The notes under the pieces are model-generated. The model did not search any database and was not told where the DNA came from. It saw only the letters and a program-made list of their open reading frames with translations. A DNA stretch of 64,000 nucleotides, from assembly GCA_013822735.1 (NCBI GenBank), contig PNKZ01000025.1, positions 15,407 to 79,406 on the forward strand, in the 5' to 3' direction. This DNA is from Pirellula sp. (GTDB taxonomy: Bacteria > Planctomycetota > Planctomycetia > Pirellulales > PNKZ01). Both the position numbers and the translations under genes were made by a program. This document shows, piece by piece, positions 51,533 to 60,656 of the stretch. Numbering within the stretch: position 1 is the first letter of the stretch; each line of letters begins with the position of its first letter.

Positions 51533-54500
51533 TGACCGCTCCCGAGCCTGCGGTAGTACCGGCGGACCGCATCGTTGAAGCGGTCGGGCACGGGGTCGCG
51601 ATCGAGCGGCACGGCCGCTTCGCTCGACGAACGGCGCGAGAGTTCCTCGTCGAGCTGTTGCTGCAGTTCCATCAACGGTTCGTAGACCTGCTCGCGGACC
51701 AGTTCCCAATTGGGCGTTTTCGAATGTCGCTTGGCTTCGGCGCGGATGGCTTGCGCTTGGTCGCGAATGCGGGCCGCTTCGGTGCGCAAGCGCGTGCCGG
51801 GGACAAACTCTTCGACGTTCCTCAACGTGTCGGACCATTCGCGCCAATCGCTGCCGGCCATCGCGCCACCGCCGGGACCGCCGCCGAGTTGATTGCGATC
51901 GCCCGCATTGCGATTGCCGGGCTGGACAGGATTGCCGGATGGTCGACGTTCGGCGGTTTGCTTGGGAGTATTTTGGTCTGACGGCGAGCCTTGGCCTTGG
52001 CTGGGCCGTGAACCTTGGCCTGGTTGCGAACCCTGCTCCCCTTGTGAGCCGCGCCGCAGACCAGGTGAGCGCGCGTTCTGCGCCGTTGCCGATTGGGAAG
52101 GTTGCCCCCCTTGGCCTGTTTCGCTCCCTTCGCCTTCGCTGGGTTGTTGACCTTTGCCCGGTTGATTTCCTTGACCCTTGCCGGGTTGCTCTCCTGGTTT
52201 TTTACCCTCGCCTTCGCCCTTCCCTTTCCCTGGTTCTCCCGCGTTAGGCTGTTGGCCCTTGCCCGACATTTTCCCTTCGCCTTCTCCCGGCTTATCCCCC
52301 GGCTGCTTTCCGTCTCCGGTTTCTTTCGCTTCGCCGGGTTGCTTCCCGTCAGTTGGTTGTTGCGTACCCTGCGGGCCGGTTTGCGGCTTACCCCAGCCCG
52401 GCGGCGACTTCGCATCTCTCGATTGTTGAGCGCCTTCGCTCCGATCGCTTGGCGCATTCGCGGGACTTTCGCGTTTCAACTCTTCTTCCAAGGCTTGCGC
52501 CAGCCGATCGACTTCGCTTTTCGCGCGACGGAGCCCTTCGACATCGTCGCCGACCACACCTTGCGCGGCTTTCTCGATCTTCTCGCGCAGCTTGCTCACG
52601 CCCGCTCGAGCCTGCGGTTCCACTTCGGCCGCTTCGCGCGGCAGGCCGTTTTCCAGCAGCTGCCGCAACATGTCGACGGCTCGGGGCGTCTGCTGCTGAT
52701 GGGCCTCGCGCACGGCGTCATAGAGCTGCTTCGACAACAGCGGTTCATTCCCTTCCGCCCGCTCCGTGATCTCGCGAGCCTGTTCCAGCACCTCGTTCAG
52801 TTCCTTTTGTTGCGCAGCGGCTTGCTCCGCAAGTTGCGTCGGCGTTTCCCCCATCGACCTAAGCCCGGGCTGGGGCTTCTGCGACCCGCCCGGTTTGTCA
52901 GTTTGTGAAGACTTTCCGGCGTGCGGAGTTTTGCCGGCGAGCTCTTCGCCGATTTGTTGCTGCCGCTGGTCGAGCTTTTCCGCACGGTCGAGGAGATCGC
53001 GAACTTCCTCGGCGAACCGGCCGGACGTCTGCTTGCGGAAATCTTCGCGAAGCTTGTCGAGTTCGCTTTCGGCCCGAGTACCGGCATTCAAGGCCTGCGA
53101 AGTCTCGCCTTTCTCCAAAGCGTCGGCCGCGCGACGGATGTCCTCGCGCGTTTGTTCGAGCTTCTTGCTAGCCTCGGCCTGCGGATCGTTGTGCTCCGGT
53201 TGGTCGAGCTTGTTCTTCAATTGATCGACGTCGCGAAGCATCTCCTGCTGCTCGTCGCGCAGCCGCTTGAGTTGCCGTTCGATCTCTTTCTTCGCTTCTT
53301 CGTCCTTGGCCGCTTCGAGCGCCGCCTGTAAGTCTTTGATCTTCTGGTTCATGTCTTCCTGACGTCGGGCCAATTCTCGCAAGCGATTCAAGAACTCTTC
53401 GCGCTCGCGTTGGGCCGGCGTTTCTTGCGGATTCGCCGCGGCGCTGCGCGTTTCGTAGCGCTCTTGCTCTTCACTTAGTTCGAGTTGATCGAGCTTCTGC
53501 TGGTTGGCGCTTTGCCCTCCTCCGCCGGGCGCGCCGCGCGACTTCATCACGCGTGTTTCCCGGGCCCGCAGCTTGAGCAAGCCTTGATAGGCCGCTTGTT
53601 CGCTCGGCAAGGCCTTGTCGAGCGGCGGCAAACTGTTGCCGGCTACGGCCGCCGCAAGTTCCACGAGCGCCGCTTGCATCTGCTTTTCGATTTCGGCGAC
53701 CGTCGTCAGAGCGTCGGCCGATTGCAGTTTCTCCTTCATCTTCTCCAGCGACTCGATTGCCTTCTGCTGCGAATCGGCGATTACTTGGGCATCCGTCACA
53801 TACTGGGCCGAAGGCTGCGCGCCTTGCTCCCTTCGCCGCAGGTTCCAAGTGGCGGAGATGATTTCCTTTTGTAGCTTCGCGGCTTCGTCTGCCGGCGTTT
53901 GCGGCCGACCGGGAGGGCCGGGCTCGCTGGTCCCTTCGCGAAAGATCTCCTCGAAAGGGTTCACCTCGGCGAAGAAAATGTCGCTCGTCGTCCGCCGCAC
54001 TTTGCCGTCGGGACCGATGTCTTCGGCCCACGCATGCCACGCCAGCAGCTCGTCGGGCACCGCCTTCAAGTCTTCGAGAGCGAGCACATGCTTGCCGACC
54101 GTCTTCTCTTTCGGCGGCAGCTTCTCCCCGAGCGTCAAATCGCGGGTTGTCTTCCCCGTCAGCTCGTAGGAAAGTCCCCACCGCAACACGCCGAAATCAT
54201 CGGCGGCCTGGGCTTCCAGCGGCAACTCCTGCAGCGGCGACACGCCGACGTCGTTCCGCGGAAACAGCAGCTTCAGCTCCGGCGGCCGGTTCGGCGCCAC
54301 ATCGACGACAAATTCCACGCCGCGGCGGTTTTTGCGGCCCCGATCGTCGGTCAGTTCCAACTTCCAACGGACGCTCTCCGTCAGCCGGCGTGAAGCGATA
54401 TAGAGCGCCGGGTCTTTCGAATCTACCGCCAATTCTAGCGGCTCTCCTTCGCCAGGCACCAATCGTGCGGAGGCGACCGGCTTGTTCAACTTGCAGAGCA

Positions 54501-55449
54501 ACTTCAGCTCCGAGCCTTCGACAAGCGTGAGTTGCCGCACGTCTTCGATGCGTCGCACGGGCAAGTTCGTGTACGAGGGATACTCGATCTCCGCGTCAGC
54601 CCGATCGAGTTCGGGGTAATCGAACACCGTCACTTGAAACTCGCGCGTTTCGTTCGCGCCGAAGCCCAAACGGTACTTCAAATCCTGCCGCACTTCCGGC
54701 ACCCGGCCGGCGAAAATCGGATCGCTGAGACTTTGCGAAAGGGGCAACCGCCGCGAGCCCGCCGCGTCGACGACCGACAGCGTCGCCTCGCGCGGCATCT
54801 TCGCGTTGGCGGCGAAGCGGGCCAGCACGAGCAAGTCGGTGCCGCGCTCGAGTTCGACATCGCCGGGTTCCACATCCACGGCGAACTTTTCCGCCGCTGC
54901 GACTTCCGCGGGCTTCGGCTCGTCCGCTGCGGCGATCGTTTGCTCGACTTTCGGCAGCCGCGCGAGCTGCAAGCCGAAGCAGACCAACACTAGCGCTAGG
55001 CCGGCCCATTGCGCGAAGGACCAGCGTCGAAGCTCGGCCCGTGGCACCGTTTCGAGCCACATGCCGTGCGTGAGGCCGTGTACTCGGGCCTGTTGCACCA
55101 CGGCTTCCTCCAAAAAGCCGCGTCGGCCGAAAGGAGCGCGCTGTTCCTGATCGAGGCCTGCGAGCAGTTTTGTTTCCAGGTCGGGGTATGCTTGTTCGAT
55201 GTGTTGGGCCGTGGCGCGGAGCCCGATCGGTCGGCGCAAGACGACCATCGCGACGGCCGACGCAATGGTCACCAGGCCCAGGCCGAAGACGGCCAACTCG
55301 AAACGCGAACTCCACGGCGGCACTACAAACCCGATGGCGAATACCGCCAAAGCGCCGAGCCAAAGCAAGGCGAGGCTCTTCACAAGCGCTCGGCGGCGCA
55401 AGCGTCCGACGACCGATTGCACCTCTTCGGTGAGCGTATGAGAATTCAT
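51529..55449 (-). CDS. Giant TM / coiled-coil / disordered protein (DUF4175-like)
   Basis: 1306 aa. Three N-terminal TM helices and a central beta-rich region. Long E/K/Q/R coiled-coil stretch. ~180-aa G/P/Q/K/E low-complexity tract. Conserved-looking C-terminus ...DRDPVPDRFNDAVRRYYRRLG. Confidence 0.75.
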   Translation of the reverse strand: MNSHTLTEEVQSVVGRLRRRALVKSLALLWLGALAVFAIGFVVPPWSSRFELAVFGLGLVTIASAVAMVVLRRPIGLRATAQHIEQAYPDLETKLLAGLDQEQRAPFGRRGFLEEAVVQQARVHGLTHGMWLETVPRAELRRWSFAQWAGLALVLVCFGLQLARLPKVEQTIAAADEPKPAEVAAAEKFAVDVEPGDVELERGTDLLVLARFAANAKMPREATLSVVDAAGSRRLPLSQSLSDPIFAGRVPEVRQDLKYRLGFGANETREFQVTVFDYPELDRADAEIEYPSYTNLPVRRIEDVRQLTLVEGSELKLLCKLNKPVASARLVPGEGEPLELAVDSKDPALYIASRRLTESVRWKLELTDDRGRKNRRGVEFVVDVAPNRPPELKLLFPRNDVGVSPLQELPLEAQAADDFGVLRWGLSYELTGKTTRDLTLGEKLPPKEKTVGKHVLALEDLKAVPDELLAWHAWAEDIGPDGKVRRTTSDIFFAEVNPFEEIFREGTSEPGPPGRPQTPADEAAKLQKEIISATWNLRRREQGAQPSAQYVTDAQVIADSQQKAIESLEKMKEKLQSADALTTVAEIEKQMQAALVELAAAVAGNSLPPLDKALPSEQAAYQGLLKLRARETRVMKSRGAPGGGGQSANQQKLDQLELSEEQERYETRSAAANPQETPAQREREEFLNRLRELARRQEDMNQKIKDLQAALEAAKDEEAKKEIERQLKRLRDEQQEMLRDVDQLKNKLDQPEHNDPQAEASKKLEQTREDIRRAADALEKGETSQALNAGTRAESELDKLREDFRKQTSGRFAEEVRDLLDRAEKLDQRQQQIGEELAGKTPHAGKSSQTDKPGGSQKPQPGLRSMGETPTQLAEQAAAQQKELNEVLEQAREITERAEGNEPLLSKQLYDAVREAHQQQTPRAVDMLRQLLENGLPREAAEVEPQARAGVSKLREKIEKAAQGVVGDDVEGLRRAKSEVDRLAQALEEELKRESPANAPSDRSEGAQQSRDAKSPPGWGKPQTGPQGTQQPTDGKQPGEAKETGDGKQPGDKPGEGEGKMSGKGQQPNAGEPGKGKGEGEGKKPGEQPGKGQGNQPGKGQQPSEGEGSETGQGGQPSQSATAQNARSPGLRRGSQGEQGSQPGQGSRPSQGQGSPSDQNTPKQTAERRPSGNPVQPGNRNAGDRNQLGGGPGGGAMAGSDWREWSDTLRNVEEFVPGTRLRTEAARIRDQAQAIRAEAKRHSKTPNWELVREQVYEPLMELQQQLDEELSRRSSSEAAVPLDRDPVPDRFNDAVRRYYRRLGSGQ

Positions 55450-55473
55450 CGTGTGCGACCTTGCGATGCAGGG

Positions 55474-57726
55474 CTACGAAGCCGAGACGACCATTTCGCG
55501 CCGCGCCGAGCGCCCGGCGTACCACGTTTCCACGAGCAACAATCCGAGCGCCGCCGCGAGGCAGACGCGCCATAGCTGTTGCCGCGATTCCAACTCTTGC
55601 ACTTGCAACGTGCGCCGCTCGGCGACCAGTTCGGGAGTCGCCTCGGGCACATCCTTCGCGAGTCGGACGCCGAGCGCTTCAAGCGCCTCGACGCCGAGCG
55701 GCGCGGTTCTCGATTCGTCGGCCGCCACGTTGACGGCGATTCTATGCAGGCCTACCGGCGAACGCACCTCATAGATGCCCGGTCCTGCGGCGAGCGTAAA
55801 CTTTGGACTGTCGGCGGCGACCGGCGTTTCCTTGCCGTCGGGCGTTTTGATCGTCCAGCCTTTGGTCGCCGCGGCCTTCTTCGCGGCGCCGGCGTCTAGC
55901 TGGGCCAGATCGACGATTTCGCCGGCATCATAATTCGCCGGCGGCGGCGCGATTCTGCGACCGAGTTCGACAAGCATCGTGACGATCGGTATGAACTTGC
56001 TTGAGACGCCGAGCTGGCTCTCGCGCGGTTGCCATCCGAACGTGAACAGCACCACGCGCCCCGCCCCGCGCGCGAGCTCCAGCACCGCCGGATCGCCGGC
56101 CGCGTCACTTCCGCCGTTGTCGAACCTGGCCGGCACGCGGAACTGCTTCGCCGCCGCGTCATCTAGCAGGGCGCGGCGATGCCGCCACACGCGGATCTTG
56201 GTGAAGTCGGAGAATCGCGGATCGGCCAACGGCGCGAAGAGCGGATGACGGAAATCGATGTCGCCGAGCAACGCGTACTCTCGCGCTCGATCACTTTCGC
56301 TGAGCTTAATGTGCTCCGGACCTTGCAAGTCCACAGGCAACAGGGCTCGCCACGCGGTCGCCGAGGCGTTCGGCAGCACGCAAAGCGCCGCCCCTCCTTG
56401 GTCGACCCAACTCGTAAGCGCTGCGTTCCAATTGTCCGGCAGGGTACGCTCGACGGCGATGACGACCAGCGCGACGTCTTCGAGATCCGCAGGTGTAGGA
56501 GCCCGGGTCGTTGCGGCATGCGGGGCGATTGTTTCCACTTTCACGGCGCGCACGCCCGAGGCGTCGTCGAAAGCCCGTTCGAGGAAATAGCGCAGCGTTT
56601 GCGGATCGTCGGCGGGGTCATCCGAGAGATGCAACACGCGGACGTGTTCCTTGACCGGCGGCATGATGAATAGGCAATTGTCGAACGGCTCGTCGTCTCC
56701 CTTTAACAACAGCTTCAATGCGCCGCCGGCGGGCAGCGCCGGCGCACGAATCACGCGCGTTTGGCCCGGCGGGATGTAGGTGGTCGTCGGCGAGGTCGCT
56801 TTGTCGGCGGTTGCCTGTTTCGAAGTTGTTTCTGCTGCGAGCGGTTGCCAAGCGAGCTCAAACTGCTCGCGACGCGAGTCGCCGGCATTGGATACCAGCA
56901 CGCGCAGCCGCTCGGCGGCGGCTTCGGGCGACGCGGCATCCGCCGTAGTTTGTAATCCGTGTAGCCCGGCGTTTGCCGTCGGCGTGGCGACGCTGACGAT
57001 CTTCACATCGATGCTCTTCGGCCATTCGAAGCGCTGCAGGTCGGCCGAACGGGCGCCGGTTTGCAGATCGGTCACCAGCACGATTTGTTTTCGAACGGCG
57101 CCGCCGGCGGGACGTTTGTTCGGCGACTCTTCCATGCCCGTGCCGCCGACGTCGGCCGCTTCGAGTTCTTCGGCCGCCGCAATCAAGGCCTGATCCATTT
57201 GTGTGGCGGACCAACCGGCCGAGAGCGAACCGAGGGCGGCCTGCGCCAGCGCATTGCGCTCGTCGGGGGGCGCTTGTCGCCAAGCCTCTAGCGTGAGCGG
57301 CTTACGAACTTCGGCGTCGAACGCCATGATCGAGAGTTCGTCATGCGGACCGGCGGCGCTTACCGCTTTCGCCGCTGCGCTCATGGCTTGAGACCAGAGA
57401 TCCCCGCGGCGCATGCTGGCACTGGTGTCGACGAGCAGGACAGTGCGCGTCGCCGTGGGGGCATCGTTCTGCAGTTCGAGCAGTTGCCGCCAGAGCGGCC
57501 GGCCGAACGTTATTGCGAGCAACAGAAGGATTGCGGCTCGCAGTAACAACAGCGGCCAGTTCTCCAGCTTGCTTCGGCTCGTAAGCCGCGGCGGCGACGG
57601 GGTGAGAAACATCAACGTGCTAAACGGCATTCGGCCCCGCGGCGTGCGGCGGAAGAAATGGAACAGCACCGGCAGCGAAATCGCCGCCATGCCCGCCACG
57701 ATGAACCAAGGAGCCAGAAAGCTCAT
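55474..57726 (-). CDS. BatA-N (aerotolerance regulator N-terminal) + VWA-like domain protein
   Basis: 750 aa. MSFLAPWFIVAGMAAISLPVLFHFFRR and WPLLLLRAAILLLLAITFGRP are typical of the BatA N-terminal domain. MIDAS-like LLVDTSASM. C-terminal TM helix. Confidence 0.8.
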   Translation of the reverse strand: MSFLAPWFIVAGMAAISLPVLFHFFRRTPRGRMPFSTLMFLTPSPPRLTSRSKLENWPLLLLRAAILLLLAITFGRPLWRQLLELQNDAPTATRTVLLVDTSASMRRGDLWSQAMSAAAKAVSAAGPHDELSIMAFDAEVRKPLTLEAWRQAPPDERNALAQAALGSLSAGWSATQMDQALIAAAEELEAADVGGTGMEESPNKRPAGGAVRKQIVLVTDLQTGARSADLQRFEWPKSIDVKIVSVATPTANAGLHGLQTTADAASPEAAAERLRVLVSNAGDSRREQFELAWQPLAAETTSKQATADKATSPTTTYIPPGQTRVIRAPALPAGGALKLLLKGDDEPFDNCLFIMPPVKEHVRVLHLSDDPADDPQTLRYFLERAFDDASGVRAVKVETIAPHAATTRAPTPADLEDVALVVIAVERTLPDNWNAALTSWVDQGGAALCVLPNASATAWRALLPVDLQGPEHIKLSESDRAREYALLGDIDFRHPLFAPLADPRFSDFTKIRVWRHRRALLDDAAAKQFRVPARFDNGGSDAAGDPAVLELARGAGRVVLFTFGWQPRESQLGVSSKFIPIVTMLVELGRRIAPPPANYDAGEIVDLAQLDAGAAKKAAATKGWTIKTPDGKETPVAADSPKFTLAAGPGIYEVRSPVGLHRIAVNVAADESRTAPLGVEALEALGVRLAKDVPEATPELVAERRTLQVQELESRQQLWRVCLAAALGLLLVETWYAGRSARREMVVSAS

Positions 57727-58709
57727 GCCTTGCCTCCCGGCCCGGCGCCAGCGGAAGAGCCCATCGCGCGGCGCCGCGTCGGCCTGCCGCGCCGTGCTCG
57801 GCTTTGCATGTAGTCGAACAGCGCCCGTTCCAACGGCTGATCGATCGAGATCGTATAGAGATCGATCCCGAGTTGATCGGCCAGTTCTTGCAACTGCTTC
57901 TGATGCGCTTGAAAGCGGGCTAAATACTGCTCGCGGACCGTATGCGGGTCGACGTACAACTCGCGGCCGCTTTCGGCGTCGACGAAGAGCGCCGGCTCAG
58001 CGAACTCGAACCGCAGTTCGGCCGGATCGAGCGTCTGAAACAGCACGACCTCGTGCCGTCGCGAGGCTAGCGCCGCCAGTTGGTGCGAAAGTCCGTCGAG
58101 AGGCGCAAGAAAATCGGACACGAGCACGACCACGCCGCGCTTCGACAGGAGCTCCGTGACGCGCTCGAGCGGCTTTGTGAGGCTGGTCGAAGTACCGACG
58201 CCGGGGCGATCGAGCAAGAGCATCAACCGTCGCAAATGGCCCGGCCGGTAGCGAGCCGGCAAGTAGTCGAGCACGTCGTCGTGAAACGTCGTAAGCCCTG
58301 CGGCGTCGCGCTGCGTGTGAAGGAAATAGGCCAGCGTCGCACCGAGGGTGCGCGCGTAGTCTGCCTTGGTAAAGCCGAGGGTGCCGTAATCCATCGACCG
58401 GCTGAAATCGACTACGAGATGACAGCGCAGGTTCGTTTCGTCTTCGAATCGTTTGATGTAATAACGATCGCTACGGGCGAACAGTTTCCAATCGAGATAG
58501 CGCGGATCATCGCCGGGCGTGTATTGACGGTACTCGGTGAATTCGACGGAGAATCCGTGGAATGGACTGCGATGCAAGCCGGAGAAGAACCCTTCGACGA
58601 CGACGCGGGCTCGCATTTCGAGATGCTTGATGCGCATCAGGGTCGCGGGATCGATCCATCCGGAAGACGATCGCGCGGGGGCGTCGGTGCTCACAGGTTC
58701 CGTGGTCAC
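57723..58709 (-). CDS. DUF58 domain protein (VWA-like, MoxR partner)
   Basis: 328 aa. The GTG start at 58709 overlaps the moxR TGA (GTGA). Motifs: GLHRSPFHGFSVEFTEYRQYTPGDDPRYLDWK, VVLVSDF. Confidence 0.85.
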   Translation of the reverse strand: MTTEPVSTDAPARSSSGWIDPATLMRIKHLEMRARVVVEGFFSGLHRSPFHGFSVEFTEYRQYTPGDDPRYLDWKLFARSDRYYIKRFEDETNLRCHLVVDFSRSMDYGTLGFTKADYARTLGATLAYFLHTQRDAAGLTTFHDDVLDYLPARYRPGHLRRLMLLLDRPGVGTSTSLTKPLERVTELLSKRGVVVLVSDFLAPLDGLSHQLAALASRRHEVVLFQTLDPAELRFEFAEPALFVDAESGRELYVDPHTVREQYLARFQAHQKQLQELADQLGIDLYTISIDQPLERALFDYMQSRARRGRPTRRRAMGSSAGAGPGGKA

Positions 58710-59719
58710 TTATTCCCTTCCACCGGCCCGGGGACTTGCTCGATCAGACGAGCGATCACTTGGTCGACCGTGACTCCTTCCGCTTCGGCGCGGTAGTTCA
58801 CTAGCACGCGATGCCGTAGCACGGGCAAGGCGAGTTGCCGGATGTCTTCCGCGGTGGCATGAACGCGCCCGGCGAGGAGGGCCCGAGCTTTCGCGCCGAG
58901 TATCAAGTATTGCGCGGCCCGAGTTCCTGCGCCCCAGCTCACCCATTGTTTGACGAACGCCGGAGCGCCGGCTTGGCTCGGGCGGCTTACCGCGGCCAGA
59001 CGTACGGCGTAGCGAATGATCTCTTCTGCGACCGGAACGCGGCGTACGATCTCGTGGAACCGCAGCACGTCGTCGCCTGTGAACAGCGGCTCGATCGGGT
59101 CCGGCCGGCGTGAGGTGGTCTGCTTCACCACCGCCACTTCGTCGTCTTCCGGGAGGTAGTCGATTACCGTATTGAACATAAACCGATCGAGCTGCGCTTC
59201 AGGGAGCGGATAGGTGCCTTCCATTTCAATGGGGTTCTGCGTCGCCAGCACAAAGAACGGTTCGTCGAGCGGATAGCGGACGCCGGCCGCCGTGACTTGA
59301 TGTTCTTGCATCGCTTCCAGGAGCGCGGCCTGCGTCTTCGGCGGCGTGCGGTTGATTTCGTCCGCCAAGAGGACGTTCGTAAATACGGGGCCGCGCACGA
59401 ATGTAAGCGCGCGGCGTCCATCGCCGGCGTCTTGCAGGATTTCCGTGCCGGTGATGTCGGCGGGCATTAAGTCGGGCGTGAATTGCACGCGTTGAAATTT
59501 TAAGTGAAAGACTTGCGCGATGGATTTGACAAGCAGTGTTTTGGCAAGGCCCGGCGCTCCGGTGAGTAGGCAATGTCCGCCGGCGAACAGCGCGATGAGC
59601 AATTGTTCGACCGCTTCCTTCTGGCCGACGATGACTTTCGATAGTTCGACGTCGACCCGAGCCTTGCCGCTACGGAGTTGCTCGACCGTCGCTTGTTCTT
59701 GTTCGTAAGAAAGTTCCAT
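58706..59719 (-). CDS. moxR: MoxR-family AAA+ ATPase
   Basis: 337 aa. Walker A GAPGLAKT, Walker B LLADEINR, sensor VLATQNP...EGTYPLPEAQLDRF, C-terminal lid. Confidence 0.95.
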   Translation of the reverse strand: MELSYEQEQATVEQLRSGKARVDVELSKVIVGQKEAVEQLLIALFAGGHCLLTGAPGLAKTLLVKSIAQVFHLKFQRVQFTPDLMPADITGTEILQDAGDGRRALTFVRGPVFTNVLLADEINRTPPKTQAALLEAMQEHQVTAAGVRYPLDEPFFVLATQNPIEMEGTYPLPEAQLDRFMFNTVIDYLPEDDEVAVVKQTTSRRPDPIEPLFTGDDVLRFHEIVRRVPVAEEIIRYAVRLAAVSRPSQAGAPAFVKQWVSWGAGTRAAQYLILGAKARALLAGRVHATAEDIRQLALPVLRHRVLVNYRAEAEGVTVDQVIARLIEQVPGPVEGNK

Positions 59720-59727
59720 GAGCTATC

Positions 59728-59758
59728 GTTCAGGGTTCAAGGTTGAAGGTTCAGGGTT
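59728..59758. repeat. GTTCAGGGTT/CAAGGTT-word spacer upstream of moxR
   Basis: GTTCAGGGTTCAAGGTTGAAGGTTCAGGGTT read directly. It lies in the 85-nt gap between the DUF4159 stop and the moxR start. Confidence 0.7.
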
Positions 59759-59804
59759 TCTGAGGCGAGCCGGGAGCGTGAGCGACCGGAGTCCGTCACC
59801 GTCG

Positions 59805-60656
59805 CTAGTGCGTGAATTGATAGAAAAGAATGTTGATTCCCAGAGGGTACGACTTCTTTTCGGAGAACTCGCGGAAGTACCACTCGTCTTCTCCCTCGCG
59901 TTCCCAACCGTCTCCCAGGTCGGTGTTGTGGCAAACGATCATCATCATGCGACCTTTGTCGTCGAAGCAGCCTTTGTAATGCGGCTCGCGCGCGTCGGAA
60001 CGTTCGTAGGTAATACCGCGCGAGCGGCCGGCCTGGGCCATGCCGATCGACGGCACTTGCGGTTTCTCCTTCAGGTCGTACACGCAATGAAACACCGGAT
60101 GTTCGGTGGGGAGTTCCTTTAACTGCCGGTCGGGGAAGATTTGCTTGAATGCCAGCTCAAACGTGTCCCACTCGTAATCTCCCCAAAAGTCGTCGACCAT
60201 GAGGAAGCCGCCGCTGAGGAGATAACGCCGCAAGATCGCGGCCTCTTCGTCGCTGAGCACGATGTCGCCCGGCTCGATCATGTAGACGAACGGGTGATCG
60301 AATAGCGCCGGATCGGTGATGTCGACGATCTTCCCGTCGGGATGCGAGCGCATCGAGGTGAGCTGTTGCAGCCGGTACGAAAGATTGAGATCGGCGTCGG
60401 GATAGTCGGTCGCCCAAGCGTAACCCCGACCGGACGATTGATAGCGCAGCCGAACAAAAGTAAACACGTCTTCCGGCATCTCGACATCGACTTCCCAGGT
60501 CGGTACGCCGTTACGATCGAACACCGGCTGGCGACCGCCGAAGCGCCGTTGCGCGTAGGCCGCGCTCATGACGAGCGCCAACGATACGACGGCGACCAAC
60601 GCCGCGAGTTTGTGACGACGGGCAAGGGACGCTGTAATCCGTCTGAGCAAACTCAT
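59805..60656 (-). CDS. DUF4159 domain protein
   Basis: 283 aa with a signal/anchor. FTFVRLRY...WATDYPDADLNLSYRLQQLT...HPFVYMIEPG...LRRYLLSGGFLMVDDFWG is characteristic of DUF4159. The ATG at 60656 overlaps the upstream TGA. Confidence 0.8.
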   Translation of the reverse strand: MSLLRRITASLARRHKLAALVAVVSLALVMSAAYAQRRFGGRQPVFDRNGVPTWEVDVEMPEDVFTFVRLRYQSSGRGYAWATDYPDADLNLSYRLQQLTSMRSHPDGKIVDITDPALFDHPFVYMIEPGDIVLSDEEAAILRRYLLSGGFLMVDDFWGDYEWDTFELAFKQIFPDRQLKELPTEHPVFHCVYDLKEKPQVPSIGMAQAGRSRGITYERSDAREPHYKGCFDDKGRMMMIVCHNTDLGDGWEREGEDEWYFREFSEKKSYPLGINILFYQFTH

